DNA from: Nanobdellota archaeon | GTDB taxonomy: Archaea; Nanobdellota; Nanobdellia; Pacearchaeales; GW2011-AR1 | Reading direction: 5' to 3' | Length of the DNA: 45,891 nucleotides | Assembly: GCA_017610405.1 (NCBI GenBank) | Contig: JAFCCD010000001.1 | Coordinates: forward strand, 1 to 45,891 | Shown: positions 32,797-39,924 of the stretch, piece by piece | How the letters are laid out: each line of letters opens with the position of its first letter | Position numbering within the stretch: position 1 is the first letter of the stretch | The notes under the pieces: generated by a model | Told to the model about the DNA's origin: nothing | The model's input: the letters and a program-made list of their open reading frames with translations, nothing else | Database searches by the model: none | Position numbers and translations under genes: made by a program

Positions 32797-33686
32797 CTGA
32801 GAAAGAAAAAGAATTTAATGCCTTAAAAAAGACTGTAGAAGCACATAAAACCCTTTCAGAAGAAGAAGCTGGAAAAAAAGCAGAGAAAGTTAAAGAAACT
32901 TCAAGGAAATTAATAAATGAAGAAACTAAAAAAGAAAAGAAAGAAGAAGAAAAGAAAATTATTGAAAAAGATGTAATAAAGAAAGGAAAAAAGGTAGAAA
33001 AAAAGAGTGAAAAAGAAATAGCTATTGAAAGAATCAAAGAACAATCACTTTCTTCATGGGAACCAAAAACAAAACTAGGAAGAGAAGTTAAAAATGGGAA
33101 AATAAAAAACATTGATGAAATTCTAGATAATAATAGGAAAATTCTTGAAGAACAAATTGTTGATTCTTTATTAGACGTGAAAACTGATTTAATATTAATC
33201 GGGCAAGCAAAAGGAAAATTTGGAGGAGGAAAAAGAAGAATATGGCGGCAAACTCAGAAAAAAACCAAAGAAGGAAATGTTCCTGTATTTTCTGCTATGG
33301 CTGTTGTCGGCGATGAAAATGGTCATTTAGGTATAGGTATTGGAAAAGCAAAAGAAACTCTTCCAGCAAGAGATAAAGCAATACGAAAAGCAAAATTAAA
33401 TATAATGCAAGTTGAAAGATCTTGCTCTAGTTTTGATTGTGCATGTTCAAAACTCCATACTGTACCTCTTAAAACCTATGGAAAAGAAGGAAGTTGCAGA
33501 GTAATATTAATTCCTGCCCCCCAAGGAACAGGTCTTGTAGTTAGTGGGGAGTTAAAAAAAATATTAAAACTTGCAGGAATAAAAGATGTTTACAGTAAGA
33601 CTTTTGGTAACAAAACTACAACTTTTAACTTTGTTAAGGCTTGCTTTAATGCTCTTAAAAAACCAGATCAAAAAACAAGAAAATGA
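32793..33686 (+). CDS. rps5: Ribosomal protein S5 (uS5) with a K/E-rich N-terminal extension of about 85 aa
   Basis: The core 'WEPKTKLGREVKNGKI...FSAMAVVGDENGHLGIGIGKAKE...APQGTGLVVSGELKKILKLAGIKDVY' is preceded by a low-complexity E/K stretch. Confidence 0.93.
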   Translation: MTEKEKEFNALKKTVEAHKTLSEEEAGKKAEKVKETSRKLINEETKKEKKEEEKKIIEKDVIKKGKKVEKKSEKEIAIERIKEQSLSSWEPKTKLGREVKNGKIKNIDEILDNNRKILEEQIVDSLLDVKTDLILIGQAKGKFGGGKRRIWRQTQKKTKEGNVPVFSAMAVVGDENGHLGIGIGKAKETLPARDKAIRKAKLNIMQVERSCSSFDCACSKLHTVPLKTYGKEGSCRVILIPAPQGTGLVVSGELKKILKLAGIKDVYSKTFGNKTTTFNFVKACFNALKKPDQKTRK

Positions 33687-34111
33687 AAAAAATATGTATC
33701 ATAAGAATTCGGGGACAAGTGGGACTAGATAGAAAGAGAAAAGAAACTCTAAACAGATTAAGATTAAGGAGAAAATACTCATGCATAGTTATTATGCCTT
33801 CAAAAGAACAACTTGGAATGCTTGAAAAAATTAGGAACTTTGTTGCTTTTGGTGAAATAAAAAATAATATTTTTGAAAAATTAATTGAAAAAAGAGGACA
33901 GAAAATTGACAAAGAAAAAAAGATTGATGCGAAAAAAATTGTTGAAGAATTAGAAAAAGGTAAAAAATATGAAGATTTAAATCTTAAACCTTTTTTCAGA
34001 TTACATCCTCCAAGAAAAGGAATTGATACTAAATTTCACTTTGGAAAGAAAAAAGGAGTGCTTGGGAATAATAAAGAAAAAATAAATGAACTTATTAAAA
34101 GGATGTTATAA
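33683..34111 (+). CDS. rpl30: Ribosomal protein L30 (uL30)
   Basis: 'ICIIRIRGQVGLDRKRKETLNRLRLRRKYSCIV'. Confidence 0.92.
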   Translation: MKKICIIRIRGQVGLDRKRKETLNRLRLRRKYSCIVIMPSKEQLGMLEKIRNFVAFGEIKNNIFEKLIEKRGQKIDKEKKIDAKKIVEELEKGKKYEDLNLKPFFRLHPPRKGIDTKFHFGKKKGVLGNNKEKINELIKRML

Positions 34112-34615
34112 ATGGTTATCCAAAAAACAAAAAAACGTAAAAAATCATCTAGGATGCATGGGCGTGGTAGAGGGACTCATGGTTGGGGAGAGAGAAAAAA
34201 GCATAAAAAATCAGGGCATAGGGGAGGAATAGGTATGGCTGGATCTGGAAAAAGAGCAGACCATAAAAAAACACTAGTAACAAAACAATATGGACATGGA
34301 TATTTTGGAAAAAAAGGAATCACAAGTAGAAAAAGCCAAAAAGATAAAAGAAAAAGAATAAATCTTAGAGATATTGAATTAAATCTTGAAAAATATATCC
34401 AAAAAGGAATTGCGAAAAAAACAACTTCTGGTTTTGAAATAAATCTTGAGAATTATAAAATTCTTGGGAGTTCTGAAAAAGACTTATTAAAAAATAAATT
34501 AATTATAAAAGCCAAAGAGGCTTCTAATTTAGCATTGGAAAAAGTAAAAAAATCTGGTGGAGAAATAATTTTAAAAAATAAGGAAAAATTAAATAAAACA
34601 AAAGATAATAAATAA
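34112..34615 (+). CDS. rpl15: Ribosomal protein L15 (uL15)
   Basis: 'SSRMHGRGRGTHGWGERKKHKKSGHRGGIGMAGSGKRADHK'. Confidence 0.92.
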   Translation: MVIQKTKKRKKSSRMHGRGRGTHGWGERKKHKKSGHRGGIGMAGSGKRADHKKTLVTKQYGHGYFGKKGITSRKSQKDKRKRINLRDIELNLEKYIQKGIAKKTTSGFEINLENYKILGSSEKDLLKNKLIIKAKEASNLALEKVKKSGGEIILKNKEKLNKTKDNK

Positions 34616-34618
34616 ACA

Positions 34619-36064
34619 ATGGTAAATTTAAGAGGTATATTTAATTATATTCCTGAGATAAAAAAACCTGATGAAAAAAAGCTGAGTTTTAATATAAAGG
34701 CTAAATGGACTCTTATTGCATTGGCTTTGTTTTTTATTCTAGCAAACATCCCTCTTTTTGGACTTTCTGAAAATGCTTTAGCGCGGTTTGAATTTTTAGC
34801 TATAATTCTTGGAACACAATTTGGAAGTATTATCTCTCTTGGAATAGGACCTATTGTAATGGCATCTATTATTTTACAGCTTCTTACAGGTTCAAAAATA
34901 TTAAACATAGATACAACAACACTTGAAGGAAAGAAATTTTTTCAAGGACTTCAGAAGATTATGGTTTTCTTTTTCATAATTTTTGAATCACTAGTTTATG
35001 TTCTAATGAAAGGACTTCAAGCTGCACCAGGATTTCAGGGTCTTTTGATATTACAATTAATTTTAGGAGGATTAATCATTTTTTACATGGATGAACTTAC
35101 GACAAAATGGGGATTTGGTTCTGGTGTTAGTTTATTTATTGCAGCAGGAGTTTCATGGAGACTTATAACCAGTGCTTTCCAGTTTTTAGATAATCAAGGA
35201 AGAAATTGTCTCTTAAATTTTAAAACAGTTCCATGTACAGGTAAGGTTCTTGTCATTTTACAATCTGTGATAAATCAATTCCCCATCGAACTTTTATCAG
35301 CTGTAGGGGCGATAATTACAACATTCATAATTTTTATGGTTGTTGTCTGGGCTCAATCTTTAAAAGTTGAAATTCCGCTTTCATTTGGAAGAATTCGTGG
35401 GTATGGGGTAAAATGGCCTTTGTCATTTTTCTACACATCTGTGATTCCTGTTATTTTAACAGCTGCCTTAGTTGCAAACATACAACTTTTTGGAGGGATT
35501 ATTGATAATGCTGCTGCCCCATGTATTGCAGGAATAGCTGAACAATGTGTAGGTAGTGCAAAATTCGCTTCGCACTTTACTTTTTTAGGAAGATTTATTG
35601 ATGGTCGGGCTATTTCAGGTCTTGCTTTCTGGATAGGTTCATCAAATCTTTTGGAATTAACTATTAGAGGAGGATTTTTACCAAAATATTTACTACAGGG
35701 ATTATTCCATGTTTTATTTTTCATGTTCTTCTCAACTCTTTTTGCTGTTTTCTGGATTAAAACATCTGGAATGGATTCTAAAAGTCAGGCGCATAAAATT
35801 TTTGCATCAGGATTACAAGTAGCAGGATTTAGACAAGATGAAAGAATCCTTGAAAGTATCTTAGATAGGTATATCATGCCCTTAACTGTAATGGGTGGTC
35901 TTGCAATAGGTTTTCTCGCTGCAATTACAAATCTAATGGGTGCTCTGGTTTCTGGAACAGCAATTCTTCTTGTAATAATGATTATGTTCCAATTTTACCA
36001 AAACATTGCACAACAACATGCAATAGATATGCATCCTATAATGAGAAAGTTTATAAAAACATAA
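34619..36064 (+). CDS. secY: Preprotein translocase subunit SecY
   Basis: 481-aa protein of about 10 TM helices in the canonical position after L15. 'GLSENALARFEFLAIILGTQFGSIISLGIGPIVMASIILQLL', 'WGFGSGVSLFIAAGV'. Confidence 0.95.
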   Translation: MVNLRGIFNYIPEIKKPDEKKLSFNIKAKWTLIALALFFILANIPLFGLSENALARFEFLAIILGTQFGSIISLGIGPIVMASIILQLLTGSKILNIDTTTLEGKKFFQGLQKIMVFFFIIFESLVYVLMKGLQAAPGFQGLLILQLILGGLIIFYMDELTTKWGFGSGVSLFIAAGVSWRLITSAFQFLDNQGRNCLLNFKTVPCTGKVLVILQSVINQFPIELLSAVGAIITTFIIFMVVVWAQSLKVEIPLSFGRIRGYGVKWPLSFFYTSVIPVILTAALVANIQLFGGIIDNAAAPCIAGIAEQCVGSAKFASHFTFLGRFIDGRAISGLAFWIGSSNLLELTIRGGFLPKYLLQGLFHVLFFMFFSTLFAVFWIKTSGMDSKSQAHKIFASGLQVAGFRQDERILESILDRYIMPLTVMGGLAIGFLAAITNLMGALVSGTAILLVIMIMFQFYQNIAQQHAIDMHPIMRKFIKT

Positions 36065-36078
36065 TAATTTTAAAAAAG

Positions 36079-36615
36079 ATGGATAAAGAGGGAAGCTTTA
36101 AGAAAATTTTTATTGTAATGTTTATTGTTTTACTAATTGCTCTTTTTTGGGATAAAGTTTCATGGATAAGAGGTACTGTTAATGCTATTCTTAATCCAAC
36201 TGCAGGAGCTCTTTTAAACTGGAATTTAACACTTGGAATGATTTTAATTGTTCTTTTAATAACAGTATTGACGACTCTTGTCCAAAAATATGGTACAGAT
36301 CAAAAAACACTTCGGGGATTGAAAAAAGAACAAAAAGAACTTCAAGAAGAAATAAAAAAAGCTAAAGAACATCCTGAAAAAATGATGGCGCTTCAGAAAA
36401 AACAATTTGCTTTCTTTCCAAAAATGATGAAATTAAGTATGAGACCTATAATTTATACTTCAATACCACTTATTTTATTCTTCAGATGGTTTATGGATTT
36501 TTTTAGTTCTATGGGAGATGTAAAATTTTTTGGTTTCTTAAGCTGGTTTTGGTTTTATCTTTTGGGTTCAATGATTTTTAGTTCCATTTTAAGAAAGGTT
36601 TTTAAGGTAGTTTAA
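36079..36615 (+). CDS. DUF106-family membrane protein (archaeal YidC/Oxa1/EMC3-like insertase candidate)
   Basis: Topology is TM, TM, basic coiled-coil ('TDQKTLRGLKKEQKELQEEIKKAKEHPEKMMALQKKQ') then TM. It sits after secY, like the M. jannaschii DUF106 gene (Mj0480). Confidence 0.75.
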   Translation: MDKEGSFKKIFIVMFIVLLIALFWDKVSWIRGTVNAILNPTAGALLNWNLTLGMILIVLLITVLTTLVQKYGTDQKTLRGLKKEQKELQEEIKKAKEHPEKMMALQKKQFAFFPKMMKLSMRPIIYTSIPLILFFRWFMDFFSSMGDVKFFGFLSWFWFYLLGSMIFSSILRKVFKVV

Positions 36616-36627
36616 AAATAAAGGATA

Positions 36628-37023
36628 ATGGAAAAACAAGAAAAACAAGAGATATCTCAAGAGATTTTGTATAAATTAGGGATGTTTGAAAAGAATCTAG
36701 AATTACTTAACCAACAATTACAATTAGTAGATAAAAGCATAATAGATTTAAATTCTTTAGATTTTGGAATGGATGAAATTAAGAACTCAGTTGGAAAAGA
36801 GGTTATGGCCCAACTAGGAAGAGGAATTTTTATAAAAACCAAAATTATCTCAGATGAAATGCTTGTTGATATTGGAAGTAAAAATTTAGTAAAAAAGAGT
36901 GTTCCAGAAACAAAAAGAATTCTAAAAGAACAGATAGAAAAACTCAATCAAGTAAAAAAAGAATTAGAAGATGAGGTTGGAAAAATCGATAAAGAAATGG
37001 TTAAATTAGTCAGTGGTCTTTAG
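36628..37023 (+). CDS. pfdA: Prefoldin alpha subunit
   Basis: Coiled coil followed by two beta hairpins ('EVMAQLGRGIFIKTKIISDEMLVDIGSKNLVKKSVPE') and another coiled coil. Confidence 0.82.
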   Translation: MEKQEKQEISQEILYKLGMFEKNLELLNQQLQLVDKSIIDLNSLDFGMDEIKNSVGKEVMAQLGRGIFIKTKIISDEMLVDIGSKNLVKKSVPETKRILKEQIEKLNQVKKELEDEVGKIDKEMVKLVSGL

Positions 37024-37028
37024 AAGAA

Positions 37029-37874
37029 TTAATTTTTAAATCTTTTCAAAAATTGATCATAAGAAAGAATTCCGAATTCAGAAACAATTCCTTCTATATA
37101 TTTTTTAGGAACAAATTCAAAAGCAGGGTTTTTTATCTTAATATTTTTAGGGGCTTTATCCCAGACTTCATTAAGAGATCTATGTTCAATCGGAACCTTT
37201 TGTTTTGTAAATTTCCATGAATCAGCAATAATATATAATGGAATTTTATGAAGGTGTGCAAGTTCTGCAACCATTTTACTTCCTATTTTATTTATAATTC
37301 CATTTTTTGTAAGAGCGTCTGCACCAAGAAATATCTTATTAGCATAAATTTTATCTTTTTTACTCTCCTTTTCAATTGCAAGTGCTATTGCAGAATCTAT
37401 GAACATTGTTACTTTAATTCCTGCTTCTTTCAATTCTTTTGCTGTTTTCCTTCCTTGAAAAAGGGGGCGAGTCTCTGTATTATAAACTTTAAACTTCTTC
37501 TCTCTTTTTTTTGCATAAATTAAAGCATTAATAACATTTGTAGAATGACAGTGTGTAAAAATAGTATCATTATTTTTTATTAATTTTATAGTTGAAAAAT
37601 TTATTTTTTTCTGTGATTCTTCAAAATGCTCTAATATTTTTTCTTTAGAAATTCCAGATTCAGCTAAATCCAGAACATTCCCCATCATTGGTTCTGTTGG
37701 TCGAGAAGCTAGGAGCATTTGCTTTGTTTTTTTGGAAGGAAAAATAAAATAAGCTTTTACAGCTGCTTTTGTAATATTTCGTGCCCCTTGAATTTTAACC
37801 TTTTTTATATCATTAATAATTTTATTGATCTTTCTTACATTTTCTCTTTGATTTTCATCTCTTTTTTTATTCAT
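37029..37874 (-). CDS. eIF-2B alpha/beta/delta-family protein, candidate ribose-1,5-bisphosphate isomerase
   Basis: 'IFTHCHSTNV', 'VYNTETRPLFQGRKTAKELKEAGI', 'IFLGADALTKNGIINKIGSKMVA'. AMP phosphorylase is present in the same window. Confidence 0.65.
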   Translation of the reverse strand: MNKKRDENQRENVRKINKIINDIKKVKIQGARNITKAAVKAYFIFPSKKTKQMLLASRPTEPMMGNVLDLAESGISKEKILEHFEESQKKINFSTIKLIKNNDTIFTHCHSTNVINALIYAKKREKKFKVYNTETRPLFQGRKTAKELKEAGIKVTMFIDSAIALAIEKESKKDKIYANKIFLGADALTKNGIINKIGSKMVAELAHLHKIPLYIIADSWKFTKQKVPIEHRSLNEVWDKAPKNIKIKNPAFEFVPKKYIEGIVSEFGILSYDQFLKRFKN

Positions 37875-37924
37875 AAATTATTAAACTTAAGAAAGTTTAA
37901 AAATTCTCTTTTTTTATTCTTTAT

Positions 37925-38785
37925 ATGTTAGAAAGTCTGGTTAATCCAAAAAGAGTTGAGAAAGGATCTTGGAAAATGTTCTTTATAGGGATGCTTTATG
38001 CTTCTCTTTCTCTTCTTCTTGTAAAATGGTTTTTTTCAAAAGATATTGTTCTCTCGCAGTATTCAGGAATACTTGTAGTAACCTTTTCTGTTATGTTTTC
38101 TTTGCCTTTTATGTATTACATAATAAAGAAAGAAGAGTTAGAAGATGAACAAGTAGTTGGATTTTTAAGTGTATGGAAAATACACAAAGATGCTATTTTT
38201 GCGCTGATGTGGCTTTTTATTGGTCTTATCATTGCTTTTTCGTTCTGGCACATTGTTTTAGGAGATTCTAATCTTTTTAATGCTCAAATAGAAACTTATT
38301 GTAGAATAAACAGTCCAGGAAATTCTTTTGGATGTATTGAAAAATATAGTATTGCAGAAACAGCAAAAGGAACTGCAAATACTGTAACAAAAAGTATAAG
38401 ATTTTTATCTATAATAGAAAATAATGTTTATGTTATGATTTTCACTTTATTTTTATCTCTGATTTTTGGCGCAGGGGCCATATTTATTCTAACTTGGAAT
38501 GCTAGTGTTATTTCTACTGCAATAAATATTTTTACACAATATAGTATAAAAGAAATTCCTTTAGGGGTATTAAGATATATGATTCATGGGTTTCCAGAAA
38601 TTGCAGCTTATTTTATAACAGCACTTGCAGGAGGAATTTTTGGGGTCGGGGTCCTTAGAAATGGTATACATGGTAAAAGATTTATCCATGTTCTGGAAAA
38701 TGTAGTTATTCTTTTATTTATTGCCCTGATAATTTTAGTGATTGCTGCTTTAATAGAAGTTTATTTTACCCCTTTATTGTTTTAA
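37925..38785 (+). CDS. SpoIIM/DUF95-like integral membrane protein
   Basis: Polytopic. 'NNVYVMIFTLFLSLIFGAGAIFILTWNASV' and 'RYMIHGFPEIAAYFITALAGGIFG' resemble the family motifs. Confidence 0.55.
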   Translation: MLESLVNPKRVEKGSWKMFFIGMLYASLSLLLVKWFFSKDIVLSQYSGILVVTFSVMFSLPFMYYIIKKEELEDEQVVGFLSVWKIHKDAIFALMWLFIGLIIAFSFWHIVLGDSNLFNAQIETYCRINSPGNSFGCIEKYSIAETAKGTANTVTKSIRFLSIIENNVYVMIFTLFLSLIFGAGAIFILTWNASVISTAINIFTQYSIKEIPLGVLRYMIHGFPEIAAYFITALAGGIFGVGVLRNGIHGKRFIHVLENVVILLFIALIILVIAALIEVYFTPLLF

Positions 38786-38848
38786 TTGATAAAAATTTAT
38801 AGAATCTCTTTCTATAAAATTTAAAAATGAAAAAACACTTAATTATTT

Positions 38849-39862
38849 ATGGTAAACATTTTATTAATTTTTTCTTTTATCATAAGTTTTGTTTTAACTA
38901 ATTTAACACTTCCTTTTTGGATAAGGATGACTAAAAAAGCAGGTCTTATTTGGGAAGACATGAACAAACCAGGAAAACCAAAAAATGTATCTGCTTCAGG
39001 GGGAATAGTTGTAATCATTGCATTTATTATAGGTATTTTTTATTATATTGCTATAAGAACATTTATTCTAAAAGATTTGACCTCAATAAATCTTGAGATT
39101 TTTGCTTTGTTAAGTGTTGTATTAATTTTATCACTAGTAGGAATTGTTGATGATATGCTGGGATGGAAAAATAAAGGTTTATCAAAAAGAACAAGAATTT
39201 TGCTTGCATTTATTGCCGCAATTCCATTAGTTGTGATTAATGTTGGAACATCAGTAATAAATTTTCCTTTTCTTGGACCAATCAATTTTGGGATTTTTTA
39301 CCCTTTATTTCTAATTCCATTAGGAATTGCAGGAGCAACAACCACTTATAATTTTTTAGCAGGTTATAATGGTCTAGAAGCTGGGCAAGGGATCCTTATA
39401 CTTGGATTTTTATCTTATGTTGCCTATATTTCTGGGCATGCATGGCTTACTGTAGTAAGTCTAACAATGGTATTTGCATTGATTGGTTTTTGGTTTTATA
39501 ATAAATACCCTGCAAAAGTTTTCCCAGGAGATTCTTTAACATGGACTATAGGTGCACTTATTGCAGGAATATCTATATTAGGTAATTTTCAAAAAATAGC
39601 ACTATTTGTATTTCTTCCTTACATAATTGAAACTGGCTTAAAACTTAGAGGAAAACTTGAAAAACAATCTTTCGCTAAACCGAATAAAGATGGAAGTCTT
39701 GAAATGCCCTACAAAAAGATTTATGGGTTGGAACATCTTGCTATTTATGTTCTTAAAAAAATAAAACCAAGCAAAAAAGTTTATGAAAAAGAAGTTGTTT
39801 ATCTTATCCATGGATTTCAAATATTTATCATAATTTTAGCATTCTTCCTTTTTATATATTAA
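38849..39862 (+). CDS. aglH: GT4-family polyprenyl-phosphate HexNAc-1-phosphate transferase (AglH/Alg7/WecA-like)
   Basis: 'GIVDDMLGW', 'YNFLAGYNGLEAGQG', 'VFPGDSLTW'. About 10 TM helices. Adjacent to aglB. Confidence 0.8.
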   Translation: MVNILLIFSFIISFVLTNLTLPFWIRMTKKAGLIWEDMNKPGKPKNVSASGGIVVIIAFIIGIFYYIAIRTFILKDLTSINLEIFALLSVVLILSLVGIVDDMLGWKNKGLSKRTRILLAFIAAIPLVVINVGTSVINFPFLGPINFGIFYPLFLIPLGIAGATTTYNFLAGYNGLEAGQGILILGFLSYVAYISGHAWLTVVSLTMVFALIGFWFYNKYPAKVFPGDSLTWTIGALIAGISILGNFQKIALFVFLPYIIETGLKLRGKLEKQSFAKPNKDGSLEMPYKKIYGLEHLAIYVLKKIKPSKKVYEKEVVYLIHGFQIFIIILAFFLFIY

Positions 39863-39924
39863 TAAAGATTTTAAAAGGAGTTTCCCTTTTCTATAAAATA
39901 TTAAATTATTAAATATTTATAAAA

